This document shows, in pieces, positions 41,675 to 49,764 of a stretch of 64,000 nucleotides of DNA. The notes beneath the pieces were generated by a model. It searched no databases. It saw only the letters and a list, made by a program, of their open reading frames with translations, and was not told the DNA's origin. Source of the DNA: a virus. The translations under genes were made by a program, and so were the position numbers. Location: the IMG/VR virus record IMGVR_UViG_3300024346_000012; one strand, given 5' to 3'. How positions within the stretch are numbered: position 1 is the stretch's first letter; each line of letters begins with the position of its first letter.

Positions 41675-42016
41675 TTATCTCCTCATTGATGCAGCATCTA
41701 TAGCTGCTTGTTTGTTATCTCTACGTACTGGCATAAGGTTTGATTTGTGTGTAGTAACAATTCCAGCAATCTCGGTACCAGTATATTGCTTACGTTCTTT
41801 TGCAAGACCATTGCCTGCTATACGATCACTCGTCATACTAGGACCGCAATTATAGTCAGGTAAGTCAGGTCTATAATTTGACTTACCTGAAATAAGTTTA
41901 TCTAAAAACTTTTGATGTTCGGCTTCCGCCTTCAATAATTTATTCGATTTTCGTTTCGCCTTACGGCGTTTCCCTACACCATGGACCTGAACTCCTCTAA
42001 TCATATGCATAGACAT
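41675..42016 (-). CDS. Hypothetical protein
   Basis: YTG..I.GI.T.HKSNL.PV motif; coupled to neighbours. Confidence 0.7.
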   Translation of the reverse strand: MSMHMIRGVQVHGVGKRRKAKRKSNKLLKAEAEHQKFLDKLISGKSNYRPDLPDYNCGPSMTSDRIAGNGLAKERKQYTGTEIAGIVTTHKSNLMPVRRDNKQAAIDAASMRR

Positions 42017-42222
42017 TACGCTGCATCCTTATAATACTGATCAAATGTGCCATAGATACGTAACTTAACATTACGAATATGGTTACATGGTTTGCGCGGT
42101 GCTTTTTTACAAGAACAGCTGAAACCTTCAGGATGCATGGTGACAATACCTTTGGCATATTGCCACTCGGTGCCTACCATCCAATGGCCCTTAGTATCGA
42201 TGAGACTGGTACTAAAAATCAT
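42016..42222 (-). CDS. SWIM-type zinc finger protein
   Basis: CSC-x7-CNH. Confidence 0.65.
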   Translation of the reverse strand: MIFSTSLIDTKGHWMVGTEWQYAKGIVTMHPEGFSCSCKKAPRKPCNHIRNVKLRIYGTFDQYYKDAA

Positions 42223-42440
42223 TCTGTGTATCTCCTATCAACTGCAGATGCATCCCACACATATGGCAGCTTCTTATACTTTGGTCCAAAGATAACGACA
42301 TCATCATCGCCAACTTCACTAAACACACGATCATCATAATCGCGGTGGATATAAACCGGTCCACCGAAGATCCTATGAGCGCGGACGTACTCGTCGCCTC
42401 TAAATCCTACATAGTGTACAGTCCTCATAACATCCTCCAA
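42219..42440 (-). CDS. Hypothetical protein
   Basis: TTG 42440 (AAGGAG SD) or ATG 42428 (GGAGG SD); ATGA overlap with the next gene. Confidence 0.65.
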   Translation of the reverse strand: MEDVMRTVHYVGFRGDEYVRAHRIFGGPVYIHRDYDDRVFSEVGDDDVVIFGPKYKKLPYVWDASAVDRRYTE

Positions 42441-42700
42441 ACTCCTTAATACTGAATAGTAGTCTTAACTTAGTCCCTCACCAGGATTTTACGGGTTCGG
42501 TTGCTAGCACCTACCTACCTGTTACGTTTCTTTGCTCGTACTATGCAGTATTAAGAAGTTTTCGTGGGAGAGCCTTTCTGCAGTGGCTCTCCCCTTATCT
42601 GCATTTCACGTATGCAGCAACCGACTGGGTTTAATTCGGTACCAGTGCCTATACCGACCTGTAATGCACCTCGAGGGTTTAAAGCAAACAGGGTTTTTCG
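42439..42700 (-). ncRNA. Candidate structured non-coding RNA / cis-regulatory leader
   Basis: GC-richer intergenic gap containing a 23 bp inverted repeat, several hairpins and crossing helices (see findings). Confidence 0.6.
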
Positions 42701-42713
42701 ATAACAACTAAGA

Positions 42714-42968
42714 TTAATCCCAATCGTTATCGAATTTCGTTGTATAGTGGAGCGTTTCGCCATAATACTCTTGAGCATATTTAGAAGCATCAGTCCACTG
42801 ATAGATATTAGACTCCTTAGGAATTTTAATTTCTTTGGCTTTACGTGAAGCAGTCTTAGCACGAGAGATAACCGATGCAGTCCGTTTACGGATCTTAGAC
42901 ATTTTCTTCTTGCGCTCAGCGATTTCTTTGATAAGAGCTAAACGGTCAGCTTTTTGTGAAGGTGTCAT
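42714..42968 (-). CDS. Hypothetical basic protein
   Basis: First ORF after the early promoter at 43.0 kb. Confidence 0.65.
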   Translation of the reverse strand: MTPSQKADRLALIKEIAERKKKMSKIRKRTASVISRAKTASRKAKEIKIPKESNIYQWTDASKYAQEYYGETLHYTTKFDNDWD

Positions 42969-42998
42969 AATATAATCTTTCTCTTTGTTTCTATAACC

Positions 42999-43027
42999 AT
43001 CCTACAGCATGTAGAAAGCAATGTACA
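42999..43027 (-). promoter_or_regulatory. Early promoter TGTACA-N17-TAGGAT
   Basis: Promoter family member. Confidence 0.8.
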
Positions 43028-43084
43028 CGTTTAATTTCATTTTTATGCGTTTTTGTTTTGTTTAAAAACAACGGCTTATAATTT
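43003..43084. repeat. 82 bp direct repeat, copy 1 (promoter cassette)
   Basis: 76/82 identical to 50479..50560 by manual alignment. Confidence 0.9.
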
Positions 43085-43381
43085 AAATTTAGACATGTCG
43101 ATATTTGTCATAGGAGCTAGTACTGAACCAATAGCCTGTCTATACCCATTAGCTAGTTCAAGATTTGTTTGAGCCACTAAAACAACATTTAGTATCTTTA
43201 CTTCTTCCGGATTACGTGTACCAGAGATGCATACTCCATCCATTAATCCAATACCTTCTTGTGATTGCCCTACTCCTTTTGGCTTTGCTAGTGTAAGAAT
43301 ATTATTTTCAAAACTTACAAATTTACCTACAAATTCGCCTACAGGAGTTACTGCAGAAACGATATCATCTTTATTAAACAT
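43076..43381 (-). CDS. Hypothetical protein (possible Sm-like fold)
   Basis: GEFVGK...LxKP pattern; GGAAG SD. Confidence 0.6.
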   Translation of the reverse strand: MFNKDDIVSAVTPVGEFVGKFVSFENNILTLAKPKGVGQSQEGIGLMDGVCISGTRNPEEVKILNVVLVAQTNLELANGYRQAIGSVLAPMTNIDMSKFKL

Positions 43382-43390
43382 TTTACTTCC

Positions 43391-44032
43391 TTAATATGTG
43401 TTATTACTAACAAGATGCGTTAGTGCATCTTTTGTACCAAATTCTCCACCAAGCCACGAATTAAAGGCCAAGCTAATTCTTTCCTCATCGTGCTCTATAT
43501 CATTAAAATGGTGATGTTGATTAGAGTTAAATAAAATTAAATCTCCGGTTTTAACTGGGACTATAAACTCTTTACCTGTGTATTCATTTCTTTCTTTTGC
43601 ATACCACTCAAGGTTCTTATATTCATGCTGTTTCGTAAAAATAATTTGATCTTCATTTTTAGCATTAATATAAAAAACACCACTAACAATACTATTGGGA
43701 TGCTTATGCCCATGCATACTTTCTCCCTTAACAGAATAAGTAAACCAGCTTTGTGTTATTACTGATTTGATGTTGCCATCTTCAAATGGAACTCCTAAAG
43801 CATGATAGTAGAAGTTTTCGAGAGAATCTTCTAAAAACTTAACTAGCTGAGAATGCTTAGTTTTAAATTCGTTTTGATCGGTAGTTAAAATCCTGTTTTC
43901 AATGCTTACCCTGTTGTGAGTATTTTGACCTTGGGATAAAGATTTAACATCATTAACCAGATCATAAGTTACCAAGTCTGGTGCGCTTTCGAACCCAATT
44001 GCGTTAGGAAATAGCGGCTGTAATTGTATCAT
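43391..44032 (-). CDS. 2OG-Fe(II) oxygenase (TIGR02466-like)
   Basis: LFP start, SW...HKHPNS.VSGVFY...GDLILFNS..HH...RISLAFN; start reassigned to MIQLQPLFP. Confidence 0.85.
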   Translation of the reverse strand: MIQLQPLFPNAIGFESAPDLVTYDLVNDVKSLSQGQNTHNRVSIENRILTTDQNEFKTKHSQLVKFLEDSLENFYYHALGVPFEDGNIKSVITQSWFTYSVKGESMHGHKHPNSIVSGVFYINAKNEDQIIFTKQHEYKNLEWYAKERNEYTGKEFIVPVKTGDLILFNSNQHHHFNDIEHDEERISLAFNSWLGGEFGTKDALTHLVSNNTY

Positions 44033-44034
44033 AT

Positions 44035-44277
44035 TTAGTTTCTCTCCACTGTTACAATATCGTAGGCTCCTTCCTGTAGGTCCCACGCTTTCATTAACTT
44101 TAAATACATTTCTGGTTTTAGAGTTATCACTTCGAATTTGTTTGCTTTTGCATTCCACTGTCTAAAATGACAGTAATCATCGTAAAGAAGAGCTACAACA
44201 TCTTCTAATTCTCCTGTGTTATCTAGTACAGTAATACACGTCTCATCTTCTTCAAACTCTACTGTAAACATTTCCAT
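44035..44277 (-). CDS. Hypothetical protein
   Basis: Acidic 80 aa ORF within the operon. Confidence 0.65.
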   Translation of the reverse strand: MEMFTVEFEEDETCITVLDNTGELEDVVALLYDDYCHFRQWNAKANKFEVITLKPEMYLKLMKAWDLQEGAYDIVTVERN

Positions 44278-44366
44278 GTCACTTTTATATAATGCGCATC
44301 AAGAATATCTCTAAATTCTATAGCGTCAAACACACATTCAAATCTTACTCCGTTGACTTCTATCAT
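44259..44366 (-). CDS. Small hypothetical protein (35 aa)
   Basis: MIEVNGVRFECVFDAIEFRD...; ATGA overlap with the upstream gene; fills a gap. Confidence 0.45.
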   Translation of the reverse strand: MIEVNGVRFECVFDAIEFRDILDAHYIKVTWKCLQ

Positions 44367-44632
44367 CCCCAATCCTTAAAATCTTTGTTAACAGTTTCAT
44401 TATACTCGTATCCAGCATAATACTCACCCAATTCTCGCTTAGTCATCTCACTTTTTTCTATACGATGAGATCTAAATGTATCGCCAACGAAATAATGAGG
44501 GCATATCTCACGACCGTAATAACTGTCAGCAGATCCACGATCGAATGGACCACCATGGCGGACCGTTTCTGATTCATTAAAGGTAACATCATATGTTTTA
44601 CCTTGATATTCGAAGTATTCAGGATCTGCCAT
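44363..44632 (-). CDS. Hypothetical phage protein
   Basis: HGGPFDRGSADSYYGR...PHY...YYAGY motif; GGAG SD. Confidence 0.7.
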   Translation of the reverse strand: MADPEYFEYQGKTYDVTFNESETVRHGGPFDRGSADSYYGREICPHYFVGDTFRSHRIEKSEMTKRELGEYYAGYEYNETVNKDFKDWG

Positions 44633-44780
44633 TATTAATTCTCCAAACTTTATAAGCCCTGATAGTTAAATCAGTTTGTGCCAAAGGGGCACGTTGAATG
44701 AACTCGATGAGTTGATCAAAGTCCATTCCTAGAAAATTGCACTGTTTATTTAAAACAGTCATTGCACCTTTAATTTGCAT
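44619..44780 (-). CDS. Small hypothetical protein (53 aa)
   Basis: MQIKGAMTVLNKQCNFLGM...; GGAGG SD. Confidence 0.55.
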   Translation of the reverse strand: MQIKGAMTVLNKQCNFLGMDFDQLIEFIQRAPLAQTDLTIRAYKVWRINNGRS

Positions 44781-44781
44781 A

Positions 44782-44973
44782 TTACGCTACCCCTCCTGTA
44801 GGTCTCATAGTAAGCTTAGCATACTCATTAGTATCATGCAGCCTACGAAAGTAATCACCAGCCTGCTTATGAGCAAGACCAGCTGCGAACTCTTGTAATT
44901 CATACTTTCCGTTTTTGAAAAAGAAAGCCTTTACAGTCCAGTACTTATTCTCATTCTTATCACGCATAGTCAT
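44782..44973 (-). CDS. Hypothetical protein
   Basis: AAGGAG SD; in operon. Confidence 0.6.
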   Translation of the reverse strand: MTMRDKNENKYWTVKAFFFKNGKYELQEFAAGLAHKQAGDYFRRLHDTNEYAKLTMRPTGGVA

Positions 44974-45367
44974 ACTCCTTATAATCTACGATCGCTGCAA
45001 GATCTTTAACTAGCTGCTTACCATAATTAGTAAACAAGATACCTTGTTCCCAGACAAAATGCTCTACATCTTGAATGTGATAGAAAGTCTCCGTACCAGA
45101 CATCCACAAAAGAGCGTTAGTACGATTACCAGCACCAAGCTTAATAATATCTTGGATACGAGCTTCGAACTTCTCGACAGCAACTACTTCAGCTGCTTTC
45201 TTAGCTTTAGTATTTTCTTCGAGTTGCTCACACAGAGCATCCCAAAGATTTTGCTTTGTTTCATCGTCAAACGCTAAAAGGTTTTTCATGAAAATTTCAG
45301 AAGGCCGGAAGCCATGAACGTCTTTGTGAAGGTCTGACCAAAGATCATCTGAGTAAGTAAATTCCAT
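44960..45367 (-). CDS. Hypothetical phage protein
   Basis: SDLHKDVHGFRP motif; AGGAG SD; early promoter upstream. Confidence 0.7.
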   Translation of the reverse strand: MEFTYSDDLWSDLHKDVHGFRPSEIFMKNLLAFDDETKQNLWDALCEQLEENTKAKKAAEVVAVEKFEARIQDIIKLGAGNRTNALLWMSGTETFYHIQDVEHFVWEQGILFTNYGKQLVKDLAAIVDYKEYDYA

Positions 45368-45391
45368 AGTATTTCTCCTTTTCATATATAC

Positions 45392-45420
45392 ATCTTACAC
45401 TATTACGAAGTGAATGTACA
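45392..45420 (-). promoter_or_regulatory. Early promoter TGTACA-N17-TAAGAT
   Basis: Promoter family member. Confidence 0.75.
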
Positions 45421-45436
45421 CAAAAAAGCGCCGAAC

Positions 45437-46135
45437 TTAGTAATTTTCTTTTAAAATCCTCCACGTATCTTGCCAGTCCTTTACAGTGTGCGACCTACTT
45501 GGGTGCTTTAATATTTTAGCCAGCGGATAATCATTTCCGCCTTGTTCTATTTTATCACCAAAGAATATGATTCGATCGAAAGAATTAAAATCTTTTATAA
45601 TTTGCGATTTATCAAATCCGGTAGGATAGATATCAATACCAGTCTCGCCTCCGACTGCTGCTGTTAAGTCTTCATAATCAAAATTAACGTGAAATGCAAT
45701 ACTTTCACGTTCTTTGTATGATAAGTCATGCTTAATATAATCTTTTCGTTGTTCTAATGTACAGTTACGTCCTATAATACTAAAATTCAAACATCCAGGA
45801 CGTTGTTCGATATGGTTGCCTGTCCTTAATGGAAAGCTACTAGTTTGCAACCGACCTTGCAAAAATGTTATTAAACTTTCTGGTGCAGTCCAGTTATTAG
45901 AGCGTATATTAACGCCGTGACTGTAAACATCATTACCGGAACAGTTATACGCAACCTTTACTATATTGTATAACTCTTCTCCTAACTGTTCGACAGTTTT
46001 ATCTTTATCAGAACCCGTAACTAAGTATACATCATGTGTATTACAGAATTCAAGAAAGAATTCACTAAACTTTGGATCAATAGATTGTCTGCTTGGTGTA
46101 AGTGTACCGTCTACATCAAATACAAATTTATTCAC
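45437..46135 (-). CDS. Eukaryote-type phosphomannomutase (HAD IIB)
   Basis: FDVDGTLT, VTGSD, IExR...NFSIIGRN, GGETGIDI, FFGDK...GGNDY; GTG start with GGAGG SD. Confidence 0.85.
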   Translation of the reverse strand: MNKFVFDVDGTLTPSRQSIDPKFSEFFLEFCNTHDVYLVTGSDKDKTVEQLGEELYNIVKVAYNCSGNDVYSHGVNIRSNNWTAPESLITFLQGRLQTSSFPLRTGNHIEQRPGCLNFSIIGRNCTLEQRKDYIKHDLSYKERESIAFHVNFDYEDLTAAVGGETGIDIYPTGFDKSQIIKDFNSFDRIIFFGDKIEQGGNDYPLAKILKHPSRSHTVKDWQDTWRILKENY

Positions 46136-46157
46136 AAACTCTCCTCCTCGTTTGTTT

Positions 46158-46727
46158 TCAAGCACTTACAGCAAAATTAAACCATTTAGGTACGTTGCGA
46201 TTTGTCCAAACCATTTTGAATCGATCTTGTTTGGTTTGATAATACTCTTGATATGAACGAACCGGATCATCTTCGTGAATGCATTGTGGTTCGTGTTGCA
46301 TAGCAAGAGCAAATGGCGTGTATTGATTTGACCAATTAGTATTTGTAGGTGCTCGACGTAATACTTCTCGAAGAAGAGTATCAGTTGAATGCACTTTATT
46401 ATAGCGATGCTGATATTCGTCACATAAGGATACAAAGTGTTTGTAATGCCATTCATAGTTAGCATTTGTTTTCATTGTCCATACGGTACAAGGATGCCCA
46501 TGATGAACAGCTCGATATAACACGTTTTCAAGATTACTATTTTTATGAACCCAGTATTTGACCATGCGCTTACCAGATTTAGATGGTCGCATTTCCATAT
46601 AGCCATCAAGCATACGGTGCGCCGTGGATAACATCTGAGCAGATTCTACGATCATCTTTACTACGTGTTTATCACACTGTAATTCGGCAGCAATTCTTGG
46701 GTCTTCGTGTAGTACAAATATATTCAT
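46158..46727 (-). CDS. Pyrimidine-dimer DNA glycosylase-like protein (DenV family)
   Basis: MNIFVL..DP..AA...CDKHVVKMIVESAQMLSTAH...HPCTVW. Confidence 0.75.
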   Translation of the reverse strand: MNIFVLHEDPRIAAELQCDKHVVKMIVESAQMLSTAHRMLDGYMEMRPSKSGKRMVKYWVHKNSNLENVLYRAVHHGHPCTVWTMKTNANYEWHYKHFVSLCDEYQHRYNKVHSTDTLLREVLRRAPTNTNWSNQYTPFALAMQHEPQCIHEDDPVRSYQEYYQTKQDRFKMVWTNRNVPKWFNFAVSA

Positions 46728-46750
46728 GATAACTCCTTTTCACTGGGATT

Positions 46751-46779
46751 ATTCTACTTTGTTTTACGACTATTGTACA
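46751..46779 (-). promoter_or_regulatory. Early promoter TGTACA-N17-TAGAAT
   Basis: Promoter family member, upstream of the glycosylase. Confidence 0.75.
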
Positions 46780-46975
46780 CCTTAAAATGCATAGCGCATG
46801 CTATTTTTGTTTGTTTTTCTGTCCACGAAAATTTCTTCATTACTACTTCAAGTATCTTCTTTTTGGTAGTAGGTTTCCCGTTCCACTTCGATATCAGCTC
46901 CCACAGATAACGATCTATCTGCAGCCAGTTCCAATCTTTCACGCTCTTCTTTGAATTTTCTTTTGATATACTCAT
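46754..46975 (-). CDS. Hypothetical protein (73 aa)
   Basis: Start reassigned to MSISKEN (AGGA SD) to avoid overlap with the + strand gene. Confidence 0.5.
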   Translation of the reverse strand: MSISKENSKKSVKDWNWLQIDRYLWELISKWNGKPTTKKKILEVVMKKFSWTEKQTKIACAMHFKVYNSRKTK

Positions 46976-47004
46976 GGTATCTTTCCTGCATAATGTTACT
47001 TTCT

Positions 47005-47012
47005 TATAAATA
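47005..47012 (+). promoter_or_regulatory. Late promoter TATAAATA
   Basis: Exact match 27 nt upstream of 47039. Confidence 0.8.
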
Positions 47013-47038
47013 CAATTGAAAAGGAATAGGAGAATAAT

Positions 47039-47413
47039 ATGGCTAAAAAAGCTAAAGTAATGGAAGCTGATTCCATCTACGCCCACCTCGATACTGATGG
47101 CGACGGAATTATTACTGACGAAGAAATGTCCCGCGCTAAAGAAATAGCAGAATGGGAACATAAAAAGAAAATGCAAGAGAACGAAGATGCTAAGGAAGAC
47201 CAGATAAGGTCTATGGCATGGTTTGCTCTATGGGGCATGCTTCTTTATCCTGTACTTATTCTACTTACTAGTATATTAGGCGTAGACAGCGCTGCTAAAA
47301 TAGTAGGTGATATTGCTCCTACATACTTTGTAGCAATCGCCGGCCTAGTAGCAGCATTCTTTGGAGCCCAAGCCTATTCAAAGGGAAAAAGTCCTAAAGA
47401 AGATAAGAAGTAA
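47039..47413 (+). CDS. Late membrane protein with EF-hand loop; holin candidate
   Basis: DTDGDGIITDEE loop, two hydrophobic helices, Lys-rich C-terminus, AGGAG SD. Confidence 0.65.
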   Translation: MAKKAKVMEADSIYAHLDTDGDGIITDEEMSRAKEIAEWEHKKKMQENEDAKEDQIRSMAWFALWGMLLYPVLILLTSILGVDSAAKIVGDIAPTYFVAIAGLVAAFFGAQAYSKGKSPKEDKK

Positions 47414-47908
47414 TTATTTCTTCTTTTTATCCATTTTAGCCTGAGCAGCATCAACATCGTCTTGAGAGACTATGCCTTCAGCAATGAGGCGTGCTCTGTT
47501 TACCATATGAGCTGCTTGGGTTTCTTCTTTACTACCACCGAAATATGGTACACAGTGACCTTCAAGAGTCATAATTTCAGTGACTCTTTTCATTTCACCG
47601 TGGTAATCTACTTCAAAATCTCCAAGAATACGTCCGAATTTACCCTTCATATCTTCGCCATGCTTATTTTCTGTGGTGATAAGTTTCCCACCGTGTTTCA
47701 TAAGTTCCTTTAAACGGGCTTTTGCAGCTTCGCCAAATAAGTCTTCAACTCTATCAGACGTTCGAGATTCTGGAGTATCGATACCCATCACTCTTACACG
47801 TTCGTCTTTCAAACATATGCCAAAACCCAAATCGATATCTACATCGACAGTATCGCCATCTACTACTTTTATTACAATTACATCGTACTTATTTTGATTC
47901 ATTGACAT
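47414..47908 (-). CDS. Thermonuclease (SNase-like)
   Basis: VVDGDTVDVDIDLGF...RVMGIDTPESRT...GKFGRILG. Confidence 0.88.
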   Translation of the reverse strand: MSMNQNKYDVIVIKVVDGDTVDVDIDLGFGICLKDERVRVMGIDTPESRTSDRVEDLFGEAAKARLKELMKHGGKLITTENKHGEDMKGKFGRILGDFEVDYHGEMKRVTEIMTLEGHCVPYFGGSKEETQAAHMVNRARLIAEGIVSQDDVDAAQAKMDKKKK

Positions 47909-47942
47909 AGTTTAACCTATCTTTATTATTATGATTAAACTA

Positions 47943-47950
47943 TATTTATA
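47943..47950 (-). promoter_or_regulatory. Late promoter TATAAATA
   Basis: Exact match, intergenic, upstream of the nuclease. Confidence 0.7.
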
Positions 47951-47954
47951 GGTT

Positions 47955-48557
47955 TTAACTACAATATTTAAGATTAGTTTGTAGCCAAAAATCTTTAGGT
48001 ATTAAATTGTTAATAATCTCAATATGGCAATTACTAAGTTTTTCAGGCTTTTGCGCTTTATAATACGGGTACATATCTTTAGTAAATGCTTCTTGCATAA
48101 ATCCTCCTAGTGGAGGTTCTAGCCACTCTTGATCTTTTCTTATCAAATCTAAATTCTCACCAGCTTTAATCTGTAGATCTATGTCATCTAGTAACGTTTC
48201 ATATATAAATGTATAATCAGCAACTGAAGAATGATTATCATAAAAAGAACAATAGAGATCCACCAAATTTTCTAAGTTGATATTACATTCGCCATAAGAA
48301 TTATCAATCATGAAATTACCTGGCTCTAAAATTTTAGGGAACCGAACAGGAAGATCTGCTGGTTCCCTATAAACTATAGACTCTACCCAAGTATATGGGG
48401 ATTTAAATATCACGCAAGTCGGATAAGAAAATGATTTAGGATCTAGCGTATGCTTGTGATATGAATTAAGTTCGGAACAATCAAAGTTTAGTTCAAGAAG
48501 AGATTTCAACCAAGTTGTACCAGACCTCTGTAATCCATATAGCTCAAAATAATTCAT
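47955..48557 (-). CDS. Sulfotransferase-family protein
   Basis: GLQRSGTTWL 5'-PSB loop, HKH, KSPYTWVES, YE.L. Confidence 0.7.
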   Translation of the reverse strand: MNYFELYGLQRSGTTWLKSLLELNFDCSELNSYHKHTLDPKSFSYPTCVIFKSPYTWVESIVYREPADLPVRFPKILEPGNFMIDNSYGECNINLENLVDLYCSFYDNHSSVADYTFIYETLLDDIDLQIKAGENLDLIRKDQEWLEPPLGGFMQEAFTKDMYPYYKAQKPEKLSNCHIEIINNLIPKDFWLQTNLKYCS

Positions 48558-48558
48558 A

Positions 48559-48834
48559 TTAGGGCTTTTCTAGCATATTTAACCTTTGATTAAGGATTTC
48601 AATAGAATCCTCAAACACATCATTATCAATTTGCTGACGAGCATAGAACGCAGAGTGCGATGCAGCAGTATTAATAATAGTTTGTTCGTGATCAGCAAGT
48701 TGTTCATTAATAATGGTATTTTCAACTTGAAGCATTACTATCTCTGCATTTAAGTTCTCAATACTACTTTTATTTTTTTCTATTTCTGTGTTCATTGCCG
48801 CCATTGACAAGAACCATACTACAATTATTTCCAA
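48559..48834 (-). CDS. Membrane-anchored coiled-coil protein
   Basis: TTG start with AGGAG SD just after tRNA-Pro. Confidence 0.55.
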   Translation of the reverse strand: MEIIVVWFLSMAAMNTEIEKNKSSIENLNAEIVMLQVENTIINEQLADHEQTIINTAASHSAFYARQQIDNDVFEDSIEILNQRLNMLEKP

Positions 48835-48855
48835 TTTATTTCTCCTGTTTGTGAT

Positions 48856-48932
48856 TGGTCTCGATGAAAGGATTCGAACCTCTGACATCCTGCTCCCAAA
48901 GCAGGCGCGCTACCAGACTGCGCTACACCGAG
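48856..48932 (-). tRNA. tRNA-Pro(TGG)
   Basis: CTCGGTGTAGCGCAGTCTGGTAGCGCGCCTGCTTTGGGAGCAGG...GGTTCGAATCC...ACCA cloverleaf. Confidence 0.95.
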
Positions 48933-48938
48933 TTTATT

Positions 48939-49015
48939 TGGCGAACACGGAAGGATTCGAACCCTCGACCTAGTGCTTAGAAGGCACTTGCTCTATCCAG
49001 CTGAGCTACGTATTC
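48939..49015 (-). tRNA. tRNA-Arg(TCT)
   Basis: GAATACGTAGCTCAGCTGGATAGAGCAAGTGCCTTCTAAGCACT...GGTTCGAATCC...GCCA. Confidence 0.95.
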
Positions 49016-49020
49016 ATTTA

Positions 49021-49097
49021 TGGTGCTCCCAGCAGGACTCGAACCTGCAACCGACCCGTTATGAGCGGGGCGCTCTAACCAATTGAGCTATCGGAGC
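49021..49097 (-). tRNA. tRNA with CAT anticodon (probably Ile2; otherwise elongator Met)
   Basis: GCTCCGATAGCTCAATTGGTTAGAGCGCCCCGCTCATAACGGG...GGTTCGAGTCC...ACCA; lacks initiator features. Confidence 0.9.
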
Positions 49098-49105
49098 TTA
49101 TTCAA

Positions 49106-49546
49106 TTATTTCTGAAACGGTACTACATACCGTTTTCCGTCTACGAAGAAGCGGATGGTAGAATGACTATATATTTCTACATTAGAATTCTGATATACAA
49201 CTACATCACTGCATTGCCGCTGAATTTCATATCCAGTTACCTTAGGACCTTTAGCAGATTCATTCGCAATGATTGCGCCACCTAAAGCACCAATAGCAGC
49301 ACCTTCGTCTTTACCAGATACTCCTCCGCCAAGTAAACCGCCGAGGATAGCACCAAGTAGTACGTCACCACCAGATGCTTGGCCACCTTGTTGGTAGATA
49401 GGAACCTTAATGTCTTGACATCTCCGTTCGGATACCGGCACGGATTGTGTCACGGTTTTAGTGTGATCATAAATTTTGATCTTAGTTACTTCTGCAGAAA
49501 CAGAAGTGGCGGCAAACAGTGCCGCACTGGCTAATATTAGTTTCAT
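49106..49546 (-). CDS. Exported glycine-zipper protein
   Basis: Signal peptide; GAILGGLLGG...GAAIGALGGAII. Confidence 0.75.
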   Translation of the reverse strand: MKLILASAALFAATSVSAEVTKIKIYDHTKTVTQSVPVSERRCQDIKVPIYQQGGQASGGDVLLGAILGGLLGGGVSGKDEGAAIGALGGAIIANESAKGPKVTGYEIQRQCSDVVVYQNSNVEIYSHSTIRFFVDGKRYVVPFQK

Positions 49547-49764
49547 GTTTTTTCTCCATACTCGGCTACTAATTCTTCCACTAGCTGAATTACTAAATCA
49601 GCCTCTTCAGCAAGTATCGGGCCAAGATCTTTATTATATATGCCTATTACAATTTTATCTTCAATATTACTACTGTTAACTTTGCCATTAACTAAAGGCA
49701 AATGCCAACCATTCGATATAATATTCATGGCCATACTTGAATAATCAGTTATTTTCATTCGCAT
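49543..49764 (-). CDS. Hypothetical protein
   Basis: Overlap-coupled ORF with GGAG SD. Confidence 0.55.
   Translation of the reverse strand: MRMKITDYSSMAMNIISNGWHLPLVNGKVNSSNIEDKIVIGIYNKDLGPILAEEADLVIQLVEELVAEYGEKT

Noticed and set aside
42439-42700. Identification as tmRNA, RNase P, SRP, group I intron or retron msr-msd
   Set aside because: Signature sequences (tRNA-like ends with CCA, GAGGAAAGTCC, SRP loop, P7 elements) not found, and no RT nearby
42551-42862. 103 aa minus-strand ORF across the structured region
   Set aside because: Overlaps 42714..42968 out of frame, has no convincing SD or recognisable motif; RNA structure explains the region better
48834-48973. ORF extensions over the tRNA genes (to 48888; 48788..48973)
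   Set aside because: They overlap clear tRNA cloverleaves; a better start exists at 48834
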